From NCBI GenBank assembly GCA_965208655.1, contig CBDBPJ010000003.1, positions 449,324-513,323 on the forward strand: 64,000 bases of DNA, in the 5' to 3' direction. This document shows, piece by piece, positions 46,320-56,361 of the stretch (position 1 is its first letter; every line of letters begins with the position of its first letter). Both the position numbers and the translations under genes were made by a program. Under the pieces are notes generated by a model, which was not told the DNA's origin, made no database searches, and was given only the letters and a program-made list of their open reading frames with translations. This DNA comes from Gammaproteobacteria bacterium (GTDB lineage Bacteria > Pseudomonadota > Gammaproteobacteria > Eutrophobiales > Eutrophobiaceae).

Positions 46320-47834
46320 ATGTCGAAAGCATCGAGACCGAACTTCGAGATTGCTGCCCCACCGGCATCATCAATGATCGAATCCTTGCGTGGAGTTGGG
46401 TATTCCCCCGAGACCGCAATTGCCGACTTGATTGACAACAGTATTTCCGCCCATGCACGAAACGTCTGGATCACGTTCTGGTGGGAGGGTCGCAGATCGC
46501 ACATCGCCATTCTGGATGATGGCGACGGTATGACGGAAAGCGAACTTTCCAAAGCAATGCGCCCCGGCAACATAAGTCCACTTGAAAATCGTCCAGCGGA
46601 CGATCTTGGCCGGTTTGGTCTCGGGCTAAAGACGGCATCATTCTCTCAGTGTCGGCAACTTACGGTCGCTTCGCTTCAAAATGGACAGTTCTCAACGAGG
46701 CGCTGGGATCTCGATCATGTGGCGCGGGTCGAGGAATGGCAGCTATTGAAGAGCCCTGTCTCTGGGTCCGAAGAAATTCTGAAGCCGCTCCTAAAGCTTG
46801 GCCAAGGCACAATGATTCTTTGGGAGGACCTGGATCGGGTCGTCGGAAATATTCAGACTTCAGATAGCAGTTCCCATGATCATTTCTTGAGTCTGATCGA
46901 TCGAATTGAATCGCACTTAGCAATGGTATTTCACAGATTTCTTGAGGGTGGTTCGGCGAGTTTGTCAATATTCATAAATGGAAGCGACGAAGGTCATCGC
47001 GTGAAAGCATGGGACCCCTTCATGAGAGATCACGGTGCGACTATTGCGACTCCAGAGGAACGGATAACGACTCATCGAGGAATTGTGGAGATCCAGGGAT
47101 TCGTCCTGCCACATAAGGACAACATGGCGCAGCGTCAATTCGAGACTGGTGCCGGTTTGGAGGGGTGGACGGCACAGCAAGGTTTCTACGTCTACAGGAA
47201 CAGGCGAATGCTTGTCTCGGGTGGTTGGCTGGGATTTGGGAAAAGTAAGGCGTGGACCAGGGAAGAGCCTTACAAGCTTGCCAGACTGAGGCTCGACGTA
47301 CCGAATACCGCGGATGCCGACTGGAATATCGACATAAAGAAATCGGTGGCACGTGCTCCCAGCTACATCGCGTTTCGCTTGCGCGATCTTGCCGAGCATG
47401 TACGGGATCAGGCACGGCAGGTGTTCGCTCACCGCGGAAGCTACGGGCCTCGGGTACCCACACCCGACCTGCAGAGGGCCTGGAGGGTCGTAAAGCGGAA
47501 GGAATCAACAGCCTACCTGGTGGACCGAAGCCATCCTCTCGTGAAGCAGGTGCTTGATGAGGCCGGTCCGCTCAAGGAAGCGGTGGTCGCAATGCTTCGA
47601 CTGTTGGAGGAGACCATGCCTGTGCAGCGAGTGTGGATCGATACTGTGGAAAATGGAGAGATCCACAAGGGAGCATTTGAGGGTGCCCCGTCCGCTGACG
47701 TTAAGATCGTACTAAACGTACTGTATCGTCATCTGGTCGAGACGATTGGCCTCGATAGGAGCATGGCCCGATCCCAGCTGTTGAAAACTGAGCCGTTCCA
47801 CAATCATCCGGAACTGGTTGAGTCACTCGAATAA
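46320..47834 (+). CDS. GHKL (HATPase_c_3/MORC-like) ATPase of the Z1/AIPR system
   Basis: About 504 aa from the ATG at 46320. Bergerat motifs AIADLIDNSISA, LDDGDGM and GRFGLGLKTAS. Confidence 0.8.
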   Translation: MSKASRPNFEIAAPPASSMIESLRGVGYSPETAIADLIDNSISAHARNVWITFWWEGRRSHIAILDDGDGMTESELSKAMRPGNISPLENRPADDLGRFGLGLKTASFSQCRQLTVASLQNGQFSTRRWDLDHVARVEEWQLLKSPVSGSEEILKPLLKLGQGTMILWEDLDRVVGNIQTSDSSSHDHFLSLIDRIESHLAMVFHRFLEGGSASLSIFINGSDEGHRVKAWDPFMRDHGATIATPEERITTHRGIVEIQGFVLPHKDNMAQRQFETGAGLEGWTAQQGFYVYRNRRMLVSGGWLGFGKSKAWTREEPYKLARLRLDVPNTADADWNIDIKKSVARAPSYIAFRLRDLAEHVRDQARQVFAHRGSYGPRVPTPDLQRAWRVVKRKESTAYLVDRSHPLVKQVLDEAGPLKEAVVAMLRLLEETMPVQRVWIDTVENGEIHKGAFEGAPSADVKIVLNVLYRHLVETIGLDRSMARSQLLKTEPFHNHPELVESLE

Positions 47835-47852
47835 GTCGATCAAAATCAAAGA

Positions 47853-50717
47853 ATGAGGAACAAAGTGACAAACGACTACGAAACTGTACTGGTCATGGTC
47901 CAGGCAATGATCAGGCAAAAGATGGACGATGGACCATTGTCTCGGGAGGCGATTGCCGAATCCGTGGAAAAGGTTCTTTCAATTGATCCCAGCTGGCGCG
48001 AGTCGATTGATATCGATAGTCTCGTACGTGATTTGGAAACCCGCTTCGATGTTTGGATTGGTCGAGAAACCACACTGGAGGGGAATGACGATCACGTAAG
48101 GTGGTTGGATTCAGAGCGGGCACAAGGATGGCGATACTGGCCACGGTATCGACAGTACCTCGAGAGTTCGTGGGCACCCAGCACCGTCGATTCTCTGGAT
48201 ACGGTAACCGATCGCGTTCTGTCACTCCTGGAAGATCCAAATCGGGAGGGCACATGGGACCGACGAGGGTTGGTCGTGGGGCACGTCCAGTCCGGAAAGA
48301 CATCCAACTATATAGGTTTGATTTGCAAGGCGGCCGATGCAGGTTACAAATTAATCGTCGTACTATCCGGGCTCCACAAGAATCTGAGAAGCCAGACTCA
48401 GATGCGGCTGGACGAGGGATTTCTCGGATACGAGACATTACCTCCGCAGGAAGCACACACTCAGGAATTGCGAACCATAGGAGCGGGCTTGATCGATCCT
48501 GATCCGACAATCAGGCCGGACTACGTCACGAACCGCGCCGATAATGGAGATTTCAGCCGCACCGTGGCAAACAGTCTTGGAATCAACCCGGGGGGACGCC
48601 CACTCTTGTTCGTAATCAAGAAGAACGTCAGTGTTCTCCGCAATCTACAGTCCTGGGTTGATCGGGTCGCCAACTCGAGAGAGGCAGAAACGGACCGACC
48701 TATCGTCAGAAATATTCCTCTGCTTGTCATTGACGATGAAGCTGACCTTGCCTCTGTTGACACGCATGAGCAGGATTTTGACGAGGAAGGGCGTCCTGAC
48801 CCCGAGCATGATCCTACAGCAATCAACAGACATATCCGGCGGTTTCTATTCTGTTTCGAAAAGAGCGCATATGTCGGATACACAGCAACACCGTTTGCCA
48901 ACATCTTTATCCACGAACGGGGCACAACCGCGACGGAATGGGAAGACCTGTTTCCGCGTAGCTTTATAATGACTTTGCCGGCACCGTCAAACTATATTGG
49001 ACCTGTTCGGATTTTTGGTCTGGAGCCAGACGATGATGTGTCGAATGCGGTGGAGCCACTACCGCTGTATCGTCCGGTGAGAGATCATGCTGAGTCGCTC
49101 GACCTTCGAGAGCGCAAAGGCTGGATGCCGCCTCGACACATCAACGGTCATGTTCCTAGATATGAAGGTCTAGATGATCTACCACCATCCCTTCGGCAGG
49201 CCATCTATGCGTTCATATTGTCCTGCACTGCACGTCGCGTCCGGGGACATACAGGTAAACACAACTCGATGCTTGTCCATGTGACTAGGTTTACGGTGGT
49301 ACAGCATGCTGTTTTCTCTCAGGTGGAAAGGTTGCTGCAACAGCTGCGCCGAAGAATAGTAAGAGGTGAAGGCGCTTCGAGAGCACCAACATTTACCGAG
49401 CTCAGACGAATGTGGGAAGAGGATTTCTTACCCACCACCGCCACAGTTAAGCAACAAATCGATGATTCAGAAATTGTCAATGTTTCATGGGAAGAGGTGG
49501 AAAAACACTTGATGCGCGTCATTTCCGACATTTCTGTGCGGGAAATAAACGGTACAGCGGGCGACGTACTCGATTACGACACTCACCACGCGACCGGGCT
49601 GAACGTAATCGCAATTGGTGGGGACAAGCTCGCACGCGGTTTGACACTGGAAGGATTAACTGTCAGCTACTTCCTTCGTGCGTCGCGAATGTACGATACG
49701 TTGATGCAAATGGGCCGCTGGTTTGGCTACAGGCCCGGTTATTTGGACCTTTGTCGTCTGTATACTACGCCTGATCTTGCGGAATGGTTTCAGCACATAA
49801 CGGAGGCAAGTGAAGAACTACGCCAGGAATTTGATCACATGGTTGCCGTCGGCGGGACGCCGAAACAGTACGGTCTGAGAGTCATGAGCCATCCAGCTAT
49901 GATGGTTACATCAAGGGTAAAGATGCGCCATGGCACTGCGCTTCAGCTTTCTTTTGCTCACTCCATTTCCGAGACAGTCGTATTTCACAAAGATGCTCAC
50001 AATATTTCATTGAATTTTCGTGCAACTGAAGAATTTATCCGGAAGTTGGGTTCTCCTAGTGAAACTGCTCCGACAAGATCGAGACCAAACGAGGGGACAC
50101 ATCGCTGGTCCGGTACGTACCTTTGGTCCGACGTCAGCGCAATAAAAGTCATGGCATTTCTTGATAATTATACGACGCACAACAGCGCCGTACGAGTGCA
50201 CAGCAGAATCCTTCGAGAGTTCATTCAGGCACAGGTAGAGGTGGACGAATTAGTTAGTTGGACGGTTGCGCTGATGTCGGGAGGCAGAGGTGGACAATGC
50301 ATTATCGGAGGACACAACATTGTGTTGAGCGAACGTTCGCCCAGTACCCGCGGTGGCCATCTACCAGAGACGGAACGTTACGTTATCGGGCGTTTGCTTG
50401 CCCCTCGTGACGAAGCGATTGATCTCGACCTCGTAAACTACGAGGCGGCATTGCGCATGACTATAGATGCTTGGCGAGAAGATCCAGGTCTTTCACGCAA
50501 TCAACAAGAACCTACAACGCCGTCGGGACCGAGTATCCGGGAAAAACGGAGCGCGCAAAACGGCTTGCTTCTACTCTACCCGCTGTCCCCAACCGGCGAT
50601 CATGTAGAAGGCGGCGTTCCAGTAATTGGGTTCGGCATCAGCTTTCCTAACAGCCGGAGTGCAAGGACAGTGACCTACACGGTAAACAACGTCTATTCGC
50701 AACAGGAATTCGGATAG
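47853..50717 (+). CDS. Z1-domain protein (P-loop, helicase-like NTPase)
   Basis: 954 aa. Walker A GHVQSGKTSNYIGL, Walker B LLVIDDEADLASV, and the later GGDKLARGLTLEGL and MGRWFGYR motifs that I associate with the Z1 family. Confidence 0.85.
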   Translation: MRNKVTNDYETVLVMVQAMIRQKMDDGPLSREAIAESVEKVLSIDPSWRESIDIDSLVRDLETRFDVWIGRETTLEGNDDHVRWLDSERAQGWRYWPRYRQYLESSWAPSTVDSLDTVTDRVLSLLEDPNREGTWDRRGLVVGHVQSGKTSNYIGLICKAADAGYKLIVVLSGLHKNLRSQTQMRLDEGFLGYETLPPQEAHTQELRTIGAGLIDPDPTIRPDYVTNRADNGDFSRTVANSLGINPGGRPLLFVIKKNVSVLRNLQSWVDRVANSREAETDRPIVRNIPLLVIDDEADLASVDTHEQDFDEEGRPDPEHDPTAINRHIRRFLFCFEKSAYVGYTATPFANIFIHERGTTATEWEDLFPRSFIMTLPAPSNYIGPVRIFGLEPDDDVSNAVEPLPLYRPVRDHAESLDLRERKGWMPPRHINGHVPRYEGLDDLPPSLRQAIYAFILSCTARRVRGHTGKHNSMLVHVTRFTVVQHAVFSQVERLLQQLRRRIVRGEGASRAPTFTELRRMWEEDFLPTTATVKQQIDDSEIVNVSWEEVEKHLMRVISDISVREINGTAGDVLDYDTHHATGLNVIAIGGDKLARGLTLEGLTVSYFLRASRMYDTLMQMGRWFGYRPGYLDLCRLYTTPDLAEWFQHITEASEELRQEFDHMVAVGGTPKQYGLRVMSHPAMMVTSRVKMRHGTALQLSFAHSISETVVFHKDAHNISLNFRATEEFIRKLGSPSETAPTRSRPNEGTHRWSGTYLWSDVSAIKVMAFLDNYTTHNSAVRVHSRILREFIQAQVEVDELVSWTVALMSGGRGGQCIIGGHNIVLSERSPSTRGGHLPETERYVIGRLLAPRDEAIDLDLVNYEAALRMTIDAWREDPGLSRNQQEPTTPSGPSIREKRSAQNGLLLLYPLSPTGDHVEGGVPVIGFGISFPNSRSARTVTYTVNNVYSQQEFG

Positions 50718-50722
50718 ATACG

Positions 50723-51751
50723 GTGGTTTCTGTCGGGGAAATCTGGGACGAACTGGCGACGACAAGCGATCGAGTAGCGAGGAAGGATGGATGGCATTTG
50801 CGGCGGATTTATCCGGACGCGGACAGTGACATTTTCGTTGCATTACGCCAACCTGGTGCGATACCTGCCCTGCTGGTAGAAGTTAACGCCACCGCCATAG
50901 AAGTGGTTGGGGAGTTTCCATCTGCCCGGGGATTCGAGCTTTATCCCGAGTCTGTGACACCAGGTCCTCGGGGCCGTACCAGGCTGTGCTTGGTACTCGC
51001 TGATACCCGTTATCGTGATGTCTTTGAGGTGCTCGTGAATGATGTTAGTGAAAGGACCGTACTCACACCCGGAGAAGGCGATGGCGTGAAGACATTCATC
51101 GCCAGATTACACATCTGGCAGAATTTCATGAAAAAGCATGGAGTCGAAGGGCTGACAAGAGAAGCGCAGATCGGTCTGTTTGGAGAACTGTTTTTTCTAG
51201 CGACCCATCTGGTCGATCGGCTGCCAGCTCATGATTCGGTGAAAGCATGGAAAGGGCCATGTGGAGGAAACCAGGATTTCAACCTAGAGGGGCGGTGTAT
51301 AGAAGTCAAGAGCACGACAGTTATTCCTCCTGTCACGATGAATATCTCCAACATGGCGCAACTGGACGAGACTCTTGTCGAATTGTTGCTACTCTGCCAT
51401 TTGTCGCTGGCTCTCGGTGACCGTGACGGGGAAAGCCTTCCGGAACTGGTGAAGCGACTCAGGGAAACTATACGTATTCAGGACGACTCGGCACTTGACG
51501 GTTTCAACGCAAAGCTGATTGAGGCAGGCTACCTTGATTCACATTCTGAACTGTATTCGGATACACGATACAGATACCGAAAAACATTGTTTTTCAAAGT
51601 AGCCGACAGTTTTCCACGGATAACGGCGAGCGATCTTCATGATGGAATCTCGGATTGCAGTTACGCAATTCTTCTGAATGCGTGTGTGCCCTACCAAGTA
51701 GGAGACACGGAGGCTATTGGAGCATTGTTGAATGAAAAAGAGAGGAAATGA
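50723..51751 (+). CDS. PD-(D/E)XK motif protein
   Basis: 342 aa. GGNQDFNLEGRCIEVKST provides the D-x(n)-E-x-K core. It starts 5 nt after Z1 and has a 4-nt overlap with the AIPR gene. Confidence 0.75.
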   Translation: MVSVGEIWDELATTSDRVARKDGWHLRRIYPDADSDIFVALRQPGAIPALLVEVNATAIEVVGEFPSARGFELYPESVTPGPRGRTRLCLVLADTRYRDVFEVLVNDVSERTVLTPGEGDGVKTFIARLHIWQNFMKKHGVEGLTREAQIGLFGELFFLATHLVDRLPAHDSVKAWKGPCGGNQDFNLEGRCIEVKSTTVIPPVTMNISNMAQLDETLVELLLLCHLSLALGDRDGESLPELVKRLRETIRIQDDSALDGFNAKLIEAGYLDSHSELYSDTRYRYRKTLFFKVADSFPRITASDLHDGISDCSYAILLNACVPYQVGDTEAIGALLNEKERK

Positions 51752-53817
51752 AATTGGAGCGTGAGATTCGAATATTTACGGAAAGACTGAGTTCCGAGAT
51801 TCGTGACCGAGCTATGGGTGGTGGCCCATTTGGAAAAAAGAATTTCAGGGAAAATGCGTTCACGGAAATCGTCATCGAGTATCTATCCGAGATTGGGATG
51901 GTTGAGAATGGGGAGGTTTGCTATTGTGAAACACGCGTAGGACGTGGTATCGGAAAGGTGAGTGGTTTCGGTTTCAACGACGACGAGGACACCTTGGAAG
52001 TATTCACGAGTGTCTTTCTTGATTCCAGAACGCCAGCCACACTGCCCAGTGACGATATTCGGAAAGGGGCAGAACGCGCGGCAAGGTTTGTGCAGGCATG
52101 TTTCAGTGGAGTTCATAATAATATGGAGGTCGCACACGATGCGCATGCAATGGCGTCCAGGATACATGAACTCGAAAAACAGCTCGATAGAATACGAATA
52201 TTCATCCTTTCCGATGGCGTCACCCAATTGAAGCAACAGGATGCTATGGAAATCAACGGTATTCCGGTCAAATTCGAGATTTGGGATATCGAACGACTGT
52301 TTAGAGGAATGCAGTCAGGGCTGCCTCGGGACGAGATCGAAATTGATTTCGAAGAGGTGTTCAACGAAGCGTTACCTTGCCTGACACTACCACAACCACC
52401 GAAAGACTACACAGTCCACCTCGCGATTCTGTCAGGTGACATGATTTATAGGTTATACGACGAATACGGCTCCCGACTTCTTGAGCTCAACGTCCGGTCG
52501 TTTCTTCAGGCTCGAGGAAAGGTGAATAGGGGCATCCGCGATACACTACGAGAGGAGCCAGGACGATTCATGGCCTATAACAATGGGATATCCATGACTG
52601 TTGACGAGTTGACGACCATTGTGCTTTCGGATGGACGTCCGGCCATCAAGTCGGTTCGCGGTCTTCAGGTCGTGAACGGCGGACAGACCACGGCATCCAT
52701 ATACCGCGCAAAAAAGCAGGATGGAGCAGATATCTCATCAGTGTTCGTGCCTGCGAAGATTACGACAGTTGTAGGAGAAACAGTAGATCAATTGGTTCCC
52801 AAGATATCTCGGTATGCCAACACGCAGAATGTGATCCAGATGGCTGATTTCTCAGCAAATGACCCCTTCCATGTAGAGATTGAGCGGCTTTCACAAACGA
52901 TTTGGTGTCCTGGTGAGCAGGGTCGATGGTTTTATGAGAGAGCCCGCGGCCAATATCAGGATGCCAAGGCCCGAAAAGGTACGACCCCAGCGAGAACCCG
53001 TAGATTTAATGAACAGACGCCGCCAGCTCGAAAATTCACCAAAACCGACCTTGCGAAGTTCATAACCTGTTGGAACCAGAGTCCACACCTTGTGAGCCGT
53101 GGTGCTCAGAAAAATTTTGACATCTTTATGCAGGAACTACGCGTCGGAAAGGAACAAGAATGGTTGCCAGACGAATCCTATTACAAGCTGCTAATTGCCA
53201 AGGCAATTCTGTTCAAGACGACCACACGAATTATCAGGAAAGAACAGTTTGCAGCCTATCGAGCGAACATTGTTGCATATCTCATAGCCTACATTTCTTT
53301 CCGGACTGGCGGGCAGCTTGACATGGGCCTAATTTGGCGGGAACAGGCTTTGTCTGAGGCGTTTGAGGAATTGATACGGTCGTGGTCGCACAGTATCGAT
53401 GAGGCGATCCGAAGTACCGCGAATGGTCGAAACATTACGGAATGGTGCAAGAAGGAGGATTGCTGGAAATCGATCAGTAAAATGTCTTTTCCTCTGTCCA
53501 ATCCAATCCCGCTGGAATTACAAGAGCACACCGAACCAGGTGAACACCGCGGGCGCCGTGCAACGCAGTTATCTCCCAGTGATTATGAGAATATCACCGA
53601 ATGTAAGAAACTGAATGGTGAAGAATGGTTGAAGATCCATGCCTGGGGTGTTCGTACGGGGCTGCTGGAAAACTGGCAATGCGGCATCGCGCAGACGCTT
53701 GCCGGTTATGCGGCGAATGAATGGGACCGCGAGCCTTCCCACAAACAGGCAAGACAGGGAGTTGCTATCCTGGAGATCACAAAACAGCACGAAGCCGGGA
53801 TCAACAGGACCAGCTAG
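51748..53817 (+). CDS. AIPR (abortive-infection phage resistance-like) family protein
   Basis: 689 aa. The central region RSFLQARGKVNRGIRDTL..PGRFMAYNNGIS...VNGGQTT is characteristic of AIPR proteins as recalled. Confidence 0.8.
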   Translation: MKLEREIRIFTERLSSEIRDRAMGGGPFGKKNFRENAFTEIVIEYLSEIGMVENGEVCYCETRVGRGIGKVSGFGFNDDEDTLEVFTSVFLDSRTPATLPSDDIRKGAERAARFVQACFSGVHNNMEVAHDAHAMASRIHELEKQLDRIRIFILSDGVTQLKQQDAMEINGIPVKFEIWDIERLFRGMQSGLPRDEIEIDFEEVFNEALPCLTLPQPPKDYTVHLAILSGDMIYRLYDEYGSRLLELNVRSFLQARGKVNRGIRDTLREEPGRFMAYNNGISMTVDELTTIVLSDGRPAIKSVRGLQVVNGGQTTASIYRAKKQDGADISSVFVPAKITTVVGETVDQLVPKISRYANTQNVIQMADFSANDPFHVEIERLSQTIWCPGEQGRWFYERARGQYQDAKARKGTTPARTRRFNEQTPPARKFTKTDLAKFITCWNQSPHLVSRGAQKNFDIFMQELRVGKEQEWLPDESYYKLLIAKAILFKTTTRIIRKEQFAAYRANIVAYLIAYISFRTGGQLDMGLIWREQALSEAFEELIRSWSHSIDEAIRSTANGRNITEWCKKEDCWKSISKMSFPLSNPIPLELQEHTEPGEHRGRRATQLSPSDYENITECKKLNGEEWLKIHAWGVRTGLLENWQCGIAQTLAGYAANEWDREPSHKQARQGVAILEITKQHEAGINRTS

Positions 53818-54262
53818 TCGACACTGCTGGGATTTATTATAGTACCTCGACCGCTGGCGACAGGAACTCCACGAATTTGAGCAGTTGCGCGCGATATAGT
53901 AGAAATATTCAAGTAATCGGACCGGTAAGCAACGACCTCCGTAGAGCAGGTGATGGCGAGGGAATTCAGGGCAGACATACTTCTTAATTCTTGAATACGG
54001 CTGTGATGCAAAGGCTGGCAAGAAGCGTTCTGCCTAGTTATCCTGACTACGTGATGCAACGGGGGAACCTCCTTCGGGATGTGTTCTGTTGTAAAGGCAA
54101 ATATTAGTTGAGTATTGTGTCCCCTACATTGCTAAGAATCTGAAGAAAACGTTCTGCGTCCCTGATGTCTACAGGGCTGGTATGAAAGTACGGTAAAGGT
54201 GCTCAAATAAACATCTGCGAGAACAGTGTGCAGTACCTTACATACAGTCGTATGATATAGAC

Positions 54263-55438
54263 ATGCAATTCGTACCTTTTTCATACGCCCACTCCACCGA
54301 CCTTAAGGTCGATGCTGTCTATCAAGGAGGCCGCCTGGGAAATGCTGGAGATGACCCCTTGCCTCACCTTCTTAACGTCAGCAATTCAGGAGGATTCAGA
54401 TATCGGGGTCAAGTGCACAAATTGGAACTGGTGGTTCTGACGTCTTCAGGCAAAGATCCAGACTGGCCGGACCTGCTTGAACGCGAGACCGGTATTTACA
54501 CTTACTTCGGAGACAATAAAAGACCTGGTCGAGGACTGCACGAAACCCCCAGAAAGGGGAACGAGCTTCTCCGGCGGATTTTTGATTTGGCTCATTCAGG
54601 CATTGAAGGACGTCGGCAGGTACCCCCTATATTGTTGTTCGCGAATACAGGGGAATGGAGAGATGTTGTATTTCTTGGACTTGCTGTTCCTGGCACAGCC
54701 GACCTCCGTGCATCAGAAGACCTTGTTGCCATTTGGAGAATTGCCAAAGGAAGTCGATTTCAGAACTATCGCGCCCGTTTCACAGTTCTCGATGTGTCAT
54801 TTATATCACGAGCCTGGATTGCTGATATCATCGCCGGCAATCCTCACTCTTCCAACGCACCTGAGGCGTGGTCAGCCTGGGTTCAAACCGGCCGTCCGCG
54901 CTCGCTGCTCGCCGCCAGATCATTGGAATACAGAACCAAAGGCGAGCAAATTCCAGATAACTCAATTGATCGTTCCATCTTGGAAAGAATTCACGAATAT
55001 TTCGAAAATGATTCTCACGGTTTCGAACGCTGTGCTGCTGAGCTTGCAAAACTGCTCCTCCCTGATATTGCAGAAATCGATTTGACCAGGCCTTCTCGTG
55101 ATGGGGGCCGCGATGCAATTGGTAAACTGCGTATCGGAAGCGGGGCATCCGGGATTTTGGTTGACTTTGCGCTTGAAGCCAAATGCTACGCTCTTTCCAG
55201 CGGCGTAGGTGTAAAAGGCATGTCCCGGTTGATCTCCCGGCTGCGTCACAGGCAGTTTGGCATACTGGTTACAACTAGCTATGTAAATGTTCAGGTTTAT
55301 CGTGAGATCAAAGAGGATCAGCATCCCATTATCGTTATCTCTGGTGCAGATATCGTGGCGCTATTACGAGCTGATGGCTACGCTCATCCAGAATCCGTCA
55401 GAACGTGGCTGAAGCAAAACTTTGTCCTCAATGAGTGA
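54263..55438 (+). CDS. Candidate modification-dependent restriction endonuclease: SRA/YDG-like N-domain + Mrr-cat-type PD-(D/E)XK C-domain
   Basis: 391 aa. VVLTSSGKDPDWPD...GIYTYFGDNKRPG..LHETPRKGNELL parallels the SRA pattern (SGGY.DD.D.G....YTG.GG....Q.L..GN.AL). The C-terminal part, SRDGGRDAIG...LVDFALEAKCY, supplies D...E.K. Confidence 0.5.
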   Translation: MQFVPFSYAHSTDLKVDAVYQGGRLGNAGDDPLPHLLNVSNSGGFRYRGQVHKLELVVLTSSGKDPDWPDLLERETGIYTYFGDNKRPGRGLHETPRKGNELLRRIFDLAHSGIEGRRQVPPILLFANTGEWRDVVFLGLAVPGTADLRASEDLVAIWRIAKGSRFQNYRARFTVLDVSFISRAWIADIIAGNPHSSNAPEAWSAWVQTGRPRSLLAARSLEYRTKGEQIPDNSIDRSILERIHEYFENDSHGFERCAAELAKLLLPDIAEIDLTRPSRDGGRDAIGKLRIGSGASGILVDFALEAKCYALSSGVGVKGMSRLISRLRHRQFGILVTTSYVNVQVYREIKEDQHPIIVISGADIVALLRADGYAHPESVRTWLKQNFVLNE

Positions 55439-55479
55439 ACAAGACTGGTAGCTGCTTTTCACAAAACTTGAACCAGGCA

Positions 55480-55755
55480 TCATCATGAACTTAACAGGAT
55501 CAGAGCGGAAAGATATTTCAAACAGGAGCATCAGGGAATTACCGCATTATTGAACTTGAACGGCAAGGTGGAGCGGTCACACCAAACCGACAGGACCGAA
55601 ATTCTATGCAACGGGTGGTATCACCGATGATAACCTGGAGCTGTTATTGGCGGAATGGCAATACTACCAACTGGGACCGGCCGCACAGCGCGCACATCAT
55701 GGCAAATCGCCGATGGAACGTTACTTTCAACTGGGTGATGAAACCCCTTACTCAG
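55480..55755 (+). pseudogene. DDE (rve-type, IS481/IS3-like) transposase C-terminal remnant, cut by mini-element 2
   Basis: One frame reads ...NGKVERSHQTDRTEFYATGGITDDNLELLLAEWQYYQLGPAAQRAHHGKSPMERYF, the conserved TNGKVER...H.ALGG..P end of rve transposases. Upstream frames are broken. Confidence 0.4.
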
Positions 55756-56361
55756 TGTAAAAACACAATAAAGTATCATACTCACGACATTCTATATTAT
55801 TGATTTTATTGAGTAGCTTTTTTAACAGAGCCGTAAAAGTATCATACTTTCCACTGCAGTTAGCGCCAACCTCCTAACTACGACAGACGAAAGTATCATA
55901 CTCACGCAACCCGAGAACACCTCTTCATGGCATACAAGATAAACAACAGCTATCTTCAGATTTACAAGATAGCACCCTCTCTGATACTATTAATGATAAG
56001 GTAAACAAGATGAGCACAATAGACCTCTACCAAGTACTACGCCAGATACCAAACGTAACCGAAGAACAAGCAAAGCAGGCCGCGGCCGGCGCGCAACAAA
56101 CAGGCCGTTCAGAAGGTATCGAAACGAGACTAGCTAATCTAAAGACCCAAGTGGCTGAGTTGGGCGCAGAGTTGCGGACAACGACGCGTATCATCCTGGG
56201 CCTGCTGCTCGCCGTCCTGGCAATACTGCTGGCACCACTAGTCCAATAACCACCGAAACCAAAGACCCGCACCACTATCTACTCGACTTTACAGAAGGAT
56301 GATACTTTATTGTAAAGTATGATACTTTTTTGTAAGTATGACGCTTTATTGTTTTTACACA
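55756..56361. mobile_element. Non-autonomous Tn7-like mini-element 2 (L-like end at 55756, R-like end at 56361) with 5-bp TSD CTCAG
   Basis: The termini are TGTAAAAACACAATAAAGTATCATACTCAC plus spaced repeats (55835-55850, 55891-55905) and, inverted, TGTGTAAAAACAATAAAGCGTCATACTTAC-AAAAAAGTATCATACTTTAC-AATAAAGTATCATCC (packed). CTCAG occurs at both 55751-55755 and 56362-56366. Confidence 0.65.
56010..56249 (+). CDS. Small coiled-coil protein with C-terminal TM helix carried by mini-element 2
   Basis: 79 aa. Heptad-like central region and hydrophobic tail ILGLLLAVLAILLAPLV. A diverged homologue lies in mini-element 1. Confidence 0.5.
   Translation: MSTIDLYQVLRQIPNVTEEQAKQAAAGAQQTGRSEGIETRLANLKTQVAELGAELRTTTRIILGLLLAVLAILLAPLVQ

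Noticed and set aside
41571-56361. Reading the two mini-elements plus system B as one composite transposon that moved as a unit
   Set aside because: The outer flanks (CCCGG on the left, CTCAG on the right) do not form a target duplication, and element 2 has its own intact TSD. Composite mobility remains only a possibility and is reported as such.
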